Assembly (NCBI RefSeq): GCF_963921235.1
Contig: NC_086097.1
Location: 240,934,001-240,998,000 of the forward strand
Direction of reading: 5' to 3'
Length of the DNA stretch: 64,000 bases
From: Mobula hypostoma
Taxonomy: Eukaryota
Part shown: piece after piece, positions 49,909-62,869 of the stretch
Layout: each line of letters opens with the position of its first letter
Position numbering within the stretch: position 1 is the stretch's first letter
Notes under the pieces: generated by a model
What the model saw: the letters and a program-made list of their open reading frames with translations, nothing else
Told to the model about the DNA's origin: nothing
Database searches by the model: none
Position numbers and translations under genes: made by a program

Positions 49909-52900
49909 CCTTAGGATGTGCTGGTTGTTAAAGCAAATGCTCATTTCCCTGCATGTCTCGACACATATGATAAATAAAGAACTCTGGATAAGTGAATCGG
50001 AAGTACAGCCCAGATGTTTTTGGTAAAAATTCTATCCAAGAGCACATTATTATTTTTTTTTAATTGTCTTTCAGGATCACAATACTTGCAGCGTTATACT
50101 TCACTGTGATAAACGTGCTTGAGAAAGGAATAAAGGTTACGTTCTAGAAAAAAATCGATTTCACTTGTTGTGTGCCAAGATTCTTTTTTGTTAACTTTAA
50201 ATCTGAGTCTCCCAAAAATTAAACATGAAAAGGCAAATATCTTCAGTTATTTATTTATTTAGTTAGTGATACAGTGTGGATAAGGCCCTTCTGGCCCTTT
50301 ACACCATACTGTCCCAATAAACAATTAACCACAACCTAAATCATGGGCCAATTTACAATAACCAAATAGCCTACCTGGTATGCGTTTGGACTGTGGGATG
50401 AAACGGGATCACCCAGGGAAAACCCACACGTTCCTTGGGAAGGACGAAACCACTCGTTACAGGATGGCGCCGGAATTGAACTCCAAATTCTGGAATTCCC
50501 CAAGCTATTATAGCGTCACTCTAGCCTCCACACTACCATAGCGCCCAGTTTAAGAAATTGTCTTTTTTGAGTCCACCTCTGGGCCTAGCAGACATTGGGC
50601 CTCGGCCTTGACCCGTGGAAGCATCGAAGGTTAATTTGCACCCTCACAGCAGCTACTGCAGCAAGTGGAGTGGATCAACACTCAGTGGTGACTTCTCCAG
50701 GACGGCCACAGAGATTGGGGAGAACAGCAGAAGCTATTGAGAAGGGCCACAGAAAACGGAGGCTCCTGCCTCCTCCTGATATGGAGGGAGCCAATTTGAT
50801 CCACTGCTCTGATTGACCCTAGGCACTGCAGGGGCCACAAGTTGAGACAAGCAATCAGGTGAGATCTGTGCAAAATACTTCGAACTGTGCCAAGTGCAGA
50901 CAAGATTAAGATTTTTTTTAATACTATGAGATGACTTCAGGACTGCCAATACAGATATTGTATCACACAGAGGTCATTTTAAGTCACACTTTTCAATATG
51001 ATGAACTTTATCATCTCACAGTTCAAGGTTGACTCTAAGTTCACACAGCACAAACATATAATAGTTTCGATCAGAACAAGGGCAAAGCATGGTGATGTCT
51101 TCAGGCACAGAAAATACACTGGGAAAATGACATTAGTGTCAGGGCAAACCGTGTTAGGAAACGGAAGGGTCTGCAGATACTGGAACTGAAGCAACGCACG
51201 ATGTCATGACAGTGGGGAAGAATTGTCAACATCTTGGGCCCTGATGACAAAGACAGATTCTGTACAGGCTGCAAATCTTGAGCGGCACATTCAAAGTGCT
51301 GGAGGAACTCAGGAATCGAGGCAGCATCAATGAGGAAGAATGAACAGTCGATTTACCGGCCGAGACCTTTCACTAGGACTGGAAACGAAGGACGCAGAAG
51401 GCAGAATGAGGTGGGTGGATGCGGAAGGTGTGCAAACTGGCAGGTTATAGGTGAGACCACAAAATAACAAATTTCTTTCACCCAGAGGATTCACCAGTTT
51501 ACAAACTCAAAATGATTCACAGATTTTCAAGCTTGCGAGTCAAAGTTCTCGATTTCACTCAATAAATTCTATTTTTAGAATTTCACCTCGTGCAAAATAT
51601 CTGCATCTTGCAAGTAAAATCTCCCAGAAACGTGTGCATGCGTTGCCTTGGACATCCTGGATCTACAGATTTTCTTGTGCTTGTGCTGTTGCCAGCCTCG
51701 TGCATTCCGCAGTTCAGTTCTGGCACTTGTACGTCGACCCCATGGAATGCGTGGGTTTTGCCCGGGTGCCCCAGTTTCCTCCCACAGTCCAAAGGTATAC
51801 CAGGTTGCTTAATTAGTCATTGTAAATTGCCCCGTGATTAGGTTAGGGTCACTCAGATTTGTCAGGGGTTGCTGGGGCAGAGGGACTCAAAGGGCCTGCT
51901 CTACACTGTATCACTAAATAAATCATTTGGGCAATTCAGCTCATCGTTCATTGTTTGTGGAGCTGACTTGGAGTATCACCTCGGGGGACCGCTGCGTTAA
52001 GTACTTGTGTTTTGTTAAAAGGTTTACACTAATGAGCATTAATGTCAAAGCTTTTTTTTGTACTGTTTGGCCATAAGGGACAGGAACAGAATTATGCCGT
52101 TCGGCCCAACGTGTCAAATCAAGCCCCTCGTCAGGACTAACGAAAGGCCCTGACGAAGGGTCTTGGCCCAAAATGCCAATTGTTTATTCCTCTCCATAGA
52201 TGCTGCCTGACTTGCTGAGTTCCTCCACCACTCTGTGTGCACTGTTCAGCATACTGAACTAGCTCAGCGCAAAAACTAATTATCAGCTCCTTTATAGTTG
52301 GTTCGCTTTTCTTGGAGACACCGGGAAATGGATTCAACCCAGTTTCTAGTCACAGCTGTCTACTTGCCATGTTAGCTCAATCATTTTGGTTAAAAGGATG
52401 GCATAAACACTGATTGCTGTAACTTTTAGTAATTTCTATCCTATCCCCTGCCCTCTCTCTTTCCATTCTCCATTCAGACTCCCCTTTTACCCCTTTTCCT
52501 CTCACCTACCCATCACCTTTCACAGGTGCCCCTCCTCCTTCCCTTTCACTCATTGTCCACTCTCCTATCAGATTCCTTCTCCTTCAGACCTTTACCTATT
52601 CTGCCAATCACCTTCCAGCTTCTCACTTCATTCCTCCCCCTCTTACTGAGATGTCTTCCTCCTTCCTTTTGAATCCTGGTGAAGGGCCTCGGCCTGAAAA
52701 GATGACGGTTTAATCCCCTCCATAGATGGTGCTGACCTGCTGAGTACGTCCAGCATTTTGTGTGCATTGCTCACGTTTTTCATCATCTGCAGAATGGTGC
52801 TTTCATGTGTGTGCTGGTTAAAGTGACCCTGAATAAGAGTTGTTCCACATTTACACATTCAGAAGCACTTTTCCTGCTGTGAGGTCATATTACTCAGCTA

Positions 52901-53498
52901 CAAACTAGGTCAATTTCTTCGTGAGAAGCTTTAACATTGAACAATGTAGTGGGAAAGAGAAGAGAAATGGGGGCAGGAAAAGGGAAGCAATCTGCATCTC
53001 TCAGTGTTCCACTTAACCTTTGCTTAGAAGAGCAAAATAACACAATCCAACAAATCAATATAATTATACTTACAATGCTTTAACTCAGATAATTTTCACA
53101 AGAAAACTAGTTTTACAACAGGTTGGATAGAACGTGGTTCAATCCCCAGCATTTCAACCTAAGCCCGAAGTACTCACAGGAAGACAGGTGGGCAGTGTTT
53201 TTCAGAGGTACTGCAGAGTTACAGACACAGCTCAGCACATCACAGAAAAGGGACTCTCTTCTACGGGCACTGTCTATACTTCTCACTGCCTAAGTAAAGC
53301 AGCCAGCATAACCAAAGACCCCACCCACCCCAAACATTCTCTCTACTCCCCACCTCCCATCAGGAAGAAGATACGAAAGCTTGAAAGCATGCATCACTTC
53401 CTCCGCTCTGCCATCAGATTTCTGAATGGACAATGAACCAACCCACGAATTCCACCTCGCTGTTGGTTTCTCAGCACTACTTATTATAATATATTTAA

Positions 53499-54020
53499 GG
53501 TTCCTTAAGGTTGTTATAGCCAGGGGTGGTAATGGGGACAAGCTCCCACCACCCATTAAATGCTCCCAATGGTGTGCGCCTCAGTCTGCCTCCGGCAACC
53601 AAGTCCAGCTCCTGGCCTTCACGTGTGGCTTAGCTACTAAATGTGGGTTACTGGTAACTTAAAACCATTCACTTCAGGCAGATGGGATTTGTCTGCCATG
53701 TATGGCAGCTCACCTAGAAGGAGGAAAACTCCGATCTCAAACCTCCGCTGCCTTGTGGCTGTACCCACTCATGGGGATGGCTTCAGGAGTAAACTGGATT
53801 CCCTAAGGCAGTCCAACATTGAGTTGAATGCCGACCGGCAACTCCTGCGACGCCGCTGGTGCCCAACTGTATCAGTCTCTGCCGTTCCTTTCGGTTCATC
53901 AGATGCACTGAGAGAGGAAATCTGCTACAAGGGCAACAGCTTGTTCTCCATATTGTACTGCCCTGGCTTGTGTATCTAGACAGCTCGGACACATCCATGG
54001 TTGACCAACAGAGGCCCCTA
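53499..54020 (+). mobile_element. ~520-bp non-autonomous retroposon, copy 1 (RTE- or Vingi/Ingi-related, unresolved)
   Basis: Homologous end to end with 54999-55560. Short flanking repeat atattta. Confidence 0.6.
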
Positions 54021-54165
54021 TCATATTTATTTAAGAGAAGTTTAGATAGGTACATGGAGGGCTATGGTTCCAGTGCAGGTTGTTGGGGGTTTAAATGGTT
54101 TGCAGCACGTACTAAATGGGCTGAAGTGCTTGCTGCTGTGCTGTATTTCTCCATGATGCCATATT

Positions 54166-54168
<3 letters not shown>

Positions 54169-54219
<51 letters not shown>
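54169..54219. repeat. (AT)n microsatellite, ~25 units
   Basis: Perfect AT dinucleotide run. Confidence 0.95.
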
Positions 54220-54221
<2 letters not shown>

Positions 54222-54998
54222 CGCCCACCCCGGTTGTATAATTTATACATTCCTCGATAACAAATATACTTTGAATAAACACACATGTATATATACCTTT
54301 TTGTAGTTTATAGGTTTTTTCTGAGTTTTACTGTGGTGGTGCTGTTGCAAAACAACAAATGTCATGATATACTGTATGTCAGTGATAAGAAACATGATTC
54401 AGACTCTGGCATTAATTTCACTTCTGCAAACTTCAGCCATTTGACCGTTATCTTTCTTTAAACCCTCCCCAATTCCATTTACTGCAGTGTCAGAATTTGC
54501 TTACAGTAATATCATTAATGTATCTGAAACTGCATTATAAAATTGTGCTTCCTAACTATAAGTGTTGACTTGATTAATAGGATTGAAAAGTTATTCTCAA
54601 TATGGAAGAAAGAAGCGGGAGAAAGTCTAAACAAAATTGTTCAGAGTGCAGATAGCATCATAAGTTTGATTATATTACCAGATTGAAAAGTCTAAACTTA
54701 AAATGCATTTTTATATATAATTTACAGTCCAGAGACAAAGGTATTCAAATAGAGACACATTAACTCAGTGCGTTTTCATCTCCTGTTTTAAATCAACTTG
54801 TGTCGTCTTCCCAAGGAAGATCAACAAACAGCAGCTCCACTCATTTGATTGCTTCTTGTCAATAGAGTTCTATGTCATATCACCCATGATATACTGAGGT
54901 AGCACTACAGTGTCAGAAATGCCAGTTAAGCTTAAATTAAAAGTTTGTCATTCTGTTTCAGCAGCTCAGCTGCTTGACAAAAACACCTATTATCCAAT

Positions 54999-55560
54999 GG
55001 TTCCTGAAGGTTGTTGTAGCCGGGGGTGGTAATGGGGACAAGCTCCCACTACCTATTAAATGCTCCCAGTGCTGTGCACCTCAAACAATCTCTGACAACC
55101 AAGTCCAGATTCTGGACTTCACATGTGTGGCTTAGCTACCAAACCCGGTGGAACTGTTTCTACTGACAGGAGAAAAGGCAAAGGCGCCTTAAAACCAGCT
55201 GCTTCAGGCAGATGAGGCTTGTCAGCCGTGGTTGGCAGCTTGACTAGGAGAAGGGAAAACTCTGAACTCAGACTTCCGCTGCTATAGCCAGTCATGGGAA
55301 AGGTGGGAAAGGGTTCGGGAGTAAACCCCCGAGGGAAAACTCCGGAGCTAGAGTCCCTAAGGCTGTCCTATGTTGAGCTCAACACTGACTGTCAACTCCT
55401 GTGATGCTGCTGGTGCCAAACTGTATCGGTTTCTGCCATTCATCAGATGTGTGGAGAGGGGGAGCAGCTTGCTCTCCACGTCGTACTGCCCCAGGTTTGT
55501 GTCTCTAGCCCGCCAGCATGCAATATCCATGGTCAACCTTAACCAACAGCGGCCTCAGTC
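54999..55560 (+). mobile_element. ~560-bp non-autonomous retroposon, copy 2
   Basis: Same start 'ggttcc..aggttgtt.tagcc.gggg.tggtaatggggacaagctcccac' and same end 'accaacag.ggcc'. Flanking repeat tatcca. Confidence 0.6.
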
Positions 55561-56169
55561 TATCCAGACCAGAACAGAGCAGGAAGCTCTCCCGACACTC
55601 TGCTTCTCTTGAGCTACACAGAACAACTGCTCCTTGGGCCCATTGATACTTATTACATTTTATTGTCTAGAGGCACATTAAATAACAGACCTTCAAAACA
55701 CTCGGACTTGAAGCACTTCAAGATACTCGAGTTACGTATTTAGTGTGAAATAAACAAATTGTTTATTCCCCCACTTTGAATGCGAAGACAAACATTAAAG
55801 ACATGTTATAGTTAACTGTATCAAAAAAAGTCTACTGACAGAGATTATTTAACTAAATTGGCAGTTTTATACAAGTAATAAAGAAAGAAGTCAGCACCAA
55901 TATGAACGCCTCAGAGGCAGAACACTCAGCAAGTCGTGGACATGGAGTCATAGAAAAGTACAGCACAGAAACGTGCCCTTCGGCTCAACTCGTCCATGCC
56001 AAAACCATTTAAGCGCCTACTCCCACCAACCTGCACCCGCATCATAGTTCTCCATATCCCTATCTGCATACCTACCCGAACTTCACTGAAATGTTGAAAT
56101 CGAGCTCACATTCACCACGTGCTGGCAGCTGTTCCACACTCTCACGACCCTCTGAGTGAAGACATTTCC

Positions 56170-56354
56170 TTTCTTTTTTAATATATATATATTTTATACC
56201 AGTTTAACAATATCTATGATTTTGACAATGTCTATCTTAATTTCGGTTTATATTGTTCCTGATAGATATATATTTGAAATAATTCTCCTCTTGATTATAT
56301 TTATGCTCCTTTTAAATCAATAAAAAGATTAACAAAGAAAGAAAGAAAGAAAGA
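56170..56354 (+). mobile_element. Short AT-rich retroposed 3' end (L1/Tx1-like) with (GAAA)n tail
   Basis: AATAAA followed by a GAAA tail. 11-bp TSD aagacatttcc (56159-56169 / 56355-56365) inside an antisense CR1. Confidence 0.65.
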
Positions 56355-56589
56355 AAGACATTTCCCCCTCATGTTCCCCATGACCTCTGGTTGTAGTCCC
56401 ACCCAGCTTAGTGGGAAAAGCCTGCTTGCATTTAACCTATCCATACCCCTCATTGCCTTGTGGTGACGGAAGAATGGTGACACTTGTACAGTGCCTGCCC
56501 CTGATTTGATACAAACGACACTTTTCACTGCACATTTCGATGTTTTTGAGGTACAGCAGAAGTGACAAATAATCCCTCATTTTATAAAG

Positions 56590-57400
56590 ATTGCAAACCA
56601 AACCCTGCACTCAATATCAGTAAGACCAAAGAACTGATTGTGGACTTCAGAAAGGGCAAGACACCAGGGAACACACACCGGTCCTCATAGAGGGATCAGA
56701 AGTGGAGAGAGTGAGCAGTTTCAAGTTCCTGAGTGTCAGTATCTCTGAGGACCTAACCTGGACCCCACATACCGATGCAGCCGTAAGGGTGGCAAGACAA
56801 CGGTTACATTTCCATTAGGAGTTTGTGATTTGGTACGTCACCAAAAACAATCACAGATTTCTACTGATGTTCCACAGAGAGCATTCTTGTGGGTCGCATC
56901 ACCGTCTGGTATGGGGGTGGGGGGGGGTGGGAAGATGAGGTGATATTGTATAGGATCAAAATAAGCTGCGGAAAGTTGTAAAATTAGTCAGGTCCGTCAT
57001 GGGCACCAGCTTCTGTAGTATGCAGGACACCTTCAAGGAGCAATGCCTCAGAAAGGGGGCATTCGTCAAGGACCCCCATCACCCAGGACATGGCACCAAT
57101 GAGAAGCGGGCATCAGGAAGGAGGTACAGAAGTCTGAAAGCACACACTCAGCGGTTCAGAAGCAGCTTCTTCCCGTCCATCATCAGATATCTGAATGGAC
57201 ATTCAACCCCTGAACACTCAGTACTTATTTCTCTATTTTTTTGCTCTCTCTCTATATACACACATACACATTATATTTTATATATATATATATACACACA
57301 CACATACACACACACACTTATTGTAATTCAGCTTCTTTTCTCTCTATTAGTACATATTGCATTGAACTGCTGCTACTAAGTTAACACATTTCATGACACA
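56590..57400 (+). mobile_element. Rex1/Babar fragment
   Basis: LNISKTKELIVDFRK..VERVSSFKFL..SEDLTW, then KDPHHPGH..GRRYRSLKAHTQRFRSSFFP. Its 3' tail resumes at ~58027 after a Penelope insertion. Confidence 0.85.
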
Positions 57401-57404
57401 TGCC

Positions 57405-58026
57405 AGGGAGAAAGCAGGATCTCCCAGTGGCCACACAATTTAATTCCACATCCCATTCCCATTCTAATATGTCTATCCACGGCCTCCTCTACTGTCAAGA
57501 TGAAGCCACACTCAGGTTGGAGGAACAACACCTTATATTCCATCTGGGTAGCCTCCAATCTGATGGCATGAACATTGACTTCTCTAACTTCTGCTAATGC
57601 CCCACCTCCCCTTCGTACCCCATCCCTTATTTATTTTATTTTCTTTCCCTCTTTTCTTTCTCCCTCTGTCCCTCTCACTATAACTCCTTGCCCATCCTCT
57701 GGGTTCCCTCCCCTCCCCCTTTCTTTCTCCCTAGGCCTCCCATCCCATGATCCTCTCTCTTCTCCAGCCTCATATCCCTTTTGCCAATCAGCTTTCCAGC
57801 TCTTGGCTCCATCCCTCCCCACTCCTATCTTCTCCTATCATTTCAGATCTCCCCTCCCCCTTTCAAATCTCTTACTATCTCTTCTTTCAGTTAGTCCTGA
57901 CGAAGGGTCTCGGCCTGAAACGTCGACTGTACCTCTTCCTATAGATGCTGCCTGGCCTGCAGCGTTCACCAGTATTTTTTGTGTGTGTTGCTTGAATTTC
58001 CAGCATCTGCAGATTTCCTCGTGTTT
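57405..58026 (+). mobile_element. Penelope-like element 3' part
   Basis: ORF 57400..57597 LPVATQFNSTSHSHSNMSIHGLLYCQDEATLRLEEQHLIFHLGSLQSDGMNIDF (GIY-YIG C-terminal E...G.N motifs), then a pyrimidine tract and a hammerhead. Confidence 0.85.
57892..57929 (+). ncRNA. Minimal hammerhead ribozyme motif, core intact
   Basis: UAGUC-CUGACGA-A-GGGUC-UC-GGCCU-GAAA-C-GUC-GACUG, on the same strand as the GIY-YIG ORF. Confidence 0.7.
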
Positions 58027-60277
58027 CCAGTGATATTAAACCTGACTCTGATTCATGAATGTGATGGCGAATGAACTACGTGGAAACTAAAGTCAGTGAC
58101 AGATCAATCAGCGAACCTGGCTATTGGTTTCTCAGATTTCCAGGGTTATACCGGAAAACCAGGAATGCCACCGCTATGTCGCGGCTCCAGTTCCAACTCA
58201 AGCCCTGGTCAAGTGCCATTTTTTCCCAATCAGGAACGTTAAAGGGGAATATAAATGGAAATTTCTTCACTCAGAGGGTCGTGAGAGTGTGGAACAAGTT
58301 GTACCCTGGGTGGTGCATGCAAGCTCGATTTCAAGGTCTAAGGGATGTTTAAACAGGTACATGGATGGTAGCGGTATGGAGGGCTATGGTTCAGGTATAG
58401 GTCAATAGGAGTCGGCAGTTTAAATGGTTCGACACAGACCAGATGGGCCAAAGGGCATGCTTCTGTGCTGTGCTTTTCTGTGACCATCTTCATAAGGGTA
58501 GTGTTTGCTGTCCACACATAACCAACTGCTACCACCACATTTGCCCAAAGGCAAAATTGGTTTACCAACTGAAACAGAAAATGTGCTTTAGAAATGAGAG
58601 GGATTCTGAAAAAGGACTTCATTTCTTCTGTACCATAGGAGCAGCTTGGCTTTGATGAGGGACATTCAAGAAACTCTTAGATTGGCTCATGGTTGACAGA
58701 AAAATGGAGGGCTATGTAGGAGGGAAGGGTTAGATCCATCTTAGAGTTGGTTAAAAGGTCGGAACAAAACATGGGCCGAAGGACCTGTACTTCACGTTCT
58801 ATGAAAAAGAATGAGCAATTTGTTTTATAAAGGTGTTGGGGTGGAGATACGTCTCGAGAAAAGAGGTAAGGTGATACCTATAGGTTACCCTTGGGCAAGG
58901 TGTAGCATCTGCTTAGCCCCCTCCTCCAGTCAGGGTCACATGAAGCCTGCGGGTTACCAAGGACAACCACAGCCAAAGACCATGTCACATAACAAACGAA
59001 CAAATTTATTTTAGCATCATATTCAATAGTCAAACTAATTACAGCTTCATCATATGCTGATCAATTGTAGAATTGTTGCGATGTCGTTTATTATGGTGCA
59101 AGTGGTAATGGTTTACAGAAATTATAACTTCGGGGAAAGGGAGTTAAGAAGCTGACATACGTTATAGCCAAGATATTGCGAGCAGGCCTTTTTTAAAAAC
59201 TAAAGTGTGGAGGGAGGTTAAAAGCTTTAGCAGAGAGGGTTCAAGATAGTCGAGCTGAATTCTGAAAGGATGAGTTGGGAGGGAGGGAGGGAGGGACAAG
59301 GAAGTTACACTGCTCCGTACCAGAAAGCCAAAGGAGCTACAGAGCAAGAGGAACCTTTTTATTTAAAAAATGGGCAAAACAAGGGAAATCTTAAAAGACA
59401 AGGTACTTGGAGGAAAAAAAAGGTATCCAATGAGAGCTTGGAAAAAAAAAGTTGACTGGAAGTGGCCAGAAAACATATTTGACGGGATTAAGGGGCAGTG
59501 GAAATAAAGAGGACAATGAACAACATTTGCATCTTAAACCTCAGAACAGCAAATTACAATACTACAAGTATTGGCCAGAGTTAATGAGCTAGCAGAAGTT
59601 AGAACAACTTCCTCCCTCACCAGACAGAGTTCATATATATTTACATAGCACTGTCCAGCCAAGGAAAATAGGCCACATCAGCAAATCTATGTGCCTAAAT
59701 TTATGTGTCTAAGCTATACAAACCAGTAGAGTACACAGCTGCAATAGAGGTTTCAGAAACTACGTCATGGTTTTGCAATTACATGATTGAAGTATACATC
59801 AAATAGGCAAAGCCCTTTGTGTCTGATGTATTAGCTGCTGCAGTCATCAGCATACAAGCAATTTTTAAGGGTGTATACTCATATTACTAAGTGCTGGCAT
59901 CAGTTTTTCTGACACATCCTCAATCAGTATATCATAGGTGTGACCAGGCAACAATGAAGTGACACTAAGCACTGAATAAATTTGTTTACCGTGCGAGCTT
60001 GTTTCTTTAGGGCCTGGTGACCTGATTACTCACCGCAGTAAAATTAAAACAATAACTCACTGCAGCCAATTATCATAAAAATAGTCTGCAGCATGATGAG
60101 AATCCAGAATCATTTGCAAGCTTGATACTAACAACCCGAGAACTCCCAAAAGCATTCCTGCCTGCGACAGATAGACTTCAATTCACCTTTTTGCCTGAGG
60201 GGTAAGTGAGGTCACCGGTCTTACACAAGAAAACAATCAGCAGCTACGTCCTACAAAAATTATCTGATGGTGCTCCA

Positions 60278-60598
60278 GTCAGCGGCCACTTTTCCAGGTA
60301 CACCTGCTCATAATGCAAATATCTAACCAGCCAATCATGTGAAATCATCTAACCCAAAGCATTAAAACGTGCAGACATGGTCAAGTGGTTCAGTTGTCAT
60401 TCAGACCAAACATCTGAATGGGGGGGGGGGGGGGGAGAGAGGTGATCTAAGTAACTTTGACTGCTGGTGCCAGATGGAGCAGTTTGAGTACCTCACAAAC
60501 TGCTGATCTCCTGGGATTTTCCCCACACACAACAGTCTCTAGTTTACAGAGAATGGTGCAAAAAACAAAAACATCCAGTGAATAGCAATTCTCTGGGT
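60278..60598 (+). mobile_element. Tc1-like DNA transposon 5' fragment
   Basis: TIR-like 'cagcggccacttttccaggtacacct', then a paired-like HTH remnant GDLSNFD..GAR..LSTSQTADLLGF..TTVS..YREWC. Confidence 0.75.
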
Positions 60599-62049
60599 TT
60601 TTCCCCCCCTTTCCATGTGCTTGTCTAAATATCTTTTAAATGTTGCAATTGTATCAGCCTCTGCCATTTCATCTATCAGCTCATTCGGCATTCCCTTCAC
60701 CCTCTGTGTGAACAAACTGTCCTCTGGTCCACTTTTAAATCTTTCCCCTCGCACCTTCAATGTATGGCCTCTAGAGTTAGACTTCTCTGTCCTGGGAAAA
60801 AGACTGACCACTCACCTTAAAAGCTCAACCCTCAGCCTCCTATGATCTATAGAACAGTACTGTCCTTCAGCCCACGATGTTGTTCCCTTTATTTTTTTTA
60901 AAAAAAGACATACTCAGATCAATCTAACCCCTCCCTCCAATGTAGCCCTCCATTTTTCTCTCATCTATGTGCCCATCTAAGAGTTTCTTAAATATCCCAA
61001 ATGTATCTGCCTCTACCACCACACTTGGCAGGGCTTTCCAAGTACCCACCTCTGTGGTGTGTGAAAAAACACTTCCCTCAAACATCCCCCCATACGTTCC
61101 TCCAATCAGCTTAAAACTAGGCCCACTCGTAACACTAACACACAAGCAGAAATATTAAATACACAACATTGTTCTAGGGGAGGAAAAAGTCTCTTGATCT
61201 ATGCCCCTTATTATCCACTCTCATCTGCCTTGGTGCAAAGTAAAGCCCTAGCTCGCTTAACCTATCCTCTGAGAACACGCACACCAATCCAGACATTATC
61301 CTGCTGAATCCATGCGTTTTGAAAAACTGCAATTTTCAATTTTTTTTTAACTCAGTGTACATCTAGAAAGGTGTGCAAAATGCTCATGGTGTCCAGAAAA
61401 ATCCTTACAAAATGTGTAATGTAATTAAAACATTACCATAGATTTTTTTGAAGTGACAATTTGTCCCTTTGAGAAATAGTATTGCACATATTCAGACAGG
61501 AGGTAGAGAAAAACAGTTCTGGAGAATATACAAAACCTTCAAGAAAAGGGAAAAGAGTATGAACATAAAGACAAGGTAATGAAACAAGGAGAGAATTTAA
61601 AAAACACATAAGGAGAAAGCTAGGGAACAGGATTAGGAAGTGAGCGATCATGGGGTAGTGCAGGGGAGTTTAATCCATTACCAGAGTTAACAAGCTTTGT
61701 GTTTCTCTTTGAGCTGAGACCGTAGTTGGTTTGAGTTCATGAGTGTACAAGGGAGGAATACTGAGGTGGTCTCCCATTGCCTTCTTTAGTTGCACTGTCC
61801 ATACTGGATGGGTAACCCTGGCCACTGATCAGCAGATTCACCTGCCCAGCGTTTTTAGTTTTACAACCTTAAATTCCAATTGTAGAATGTGCTTGTAAAG
61901 CCTTTCACCATCTGCTCCCATGGCTTCACGTGGCCCTGATTGGGAGGCTAAACAGGTACAACACCTTGCCCCAGGGTGAGCTATAGGCTATCGGATGGAA
62001 AGAGTGCCTTACACCTCCTTCTGGTGAGCTATTGCACGGCACCAACACC

Positions 62050-62372
62050 ATGTATATCATATACAGACAGGATAACCAACGAAGAAGTTCTACAGAGAAC
62101 GAAAACAAAACGTACATTACTTTTAAAAGAAAATCAGAAAACAGCAAACAAAATTCTTCAGACACCATGCGAAGAGAGACATTAGAACATTTAGTTACAA
62201 CTGGAAAGCTGGAAGGAAAAAGCAGAGGCAGACAGAGAATGAAAATGATAGATGGAATAGCATCGTGGTTAAAAACAGGGGAGGCAACAACTACAATTCG
62301 AAGGGTCACCGACCGTGATGGATGGAGAGACATGATCGCCCACGCCGAACGGCAAGGCACCTGAATGAATGT
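62050..62372 (+). mobile_element. RTE-clade (BovB/Expander-like) LINE 3' end
   Basis: ISYTDRITNEEVL and MRRETLEHLVTTGKLEGKSRGRQRMKMIDGI..DRDGWR in overlapping frames; (TGAA)n tail. Confidence 0.85.
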
Positions 62373-62869
62373 GTTTCCCTTCTGTTGAGCTTTGCATGAA
62401 ATGCAGGGTGCGGAATGCATGCAAAAATGCATTCTGATTTACTGATGCTTGAGTTATAGCTGCAGCTTCCAGGAAACTTCAGGTCCATGTCAATGTGCAG
62501 TTGAGGGAAATGGCAACGCAAACAACAGGCGAGAGAGTGACAACAGGAGGTTAAGGCTACTTTCCACTGAGATAATCCTCCAAGAGGACCACAACCTTGC
62601 TGTGGTTTGGAGCTTTGTGTGCCTCAATGACCCAGAGAGCTACGTATGTTGGCTGGAGTCAGAGCTTTAGGCTTTGGCTCTTGGTGGGGGCACCCATGTC
62701 AAACAGCAGTCCTCTGGGTTCCGGAGTTCAGATCAGGGCTAACAACCCTGAATGGTAAAAATGAAGTTTGCTAGAGTTCCATAGTTCAGCTCAGAGTCCA
62801 GTAAACATCAAAGAGCAGCTATCTTAATCGGCCCGTACCTCACTTCGGGCGACCTTTTAGGACAGAAGG

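Noticed and set aside
50630..50865. Plus-strand exon-like segment (ctcacag| ... cag|gtgag)
   Set aside because: Stops occur in all three frames before the donor and there is no recognisable protein similarity.
53859..54286. ORFs with YIYIYI runs
   Set aside because: These are translations of the (AT)n microsatellite and adjacent repeats.
61905..62040. Possible HDV-like ribozyme in a repeat fragment (antisense homologue at ~58835-58955)
   Set aside because: I could not assemble a consistent P1/P2/P3/P1.1 double pseudoknot by eye.
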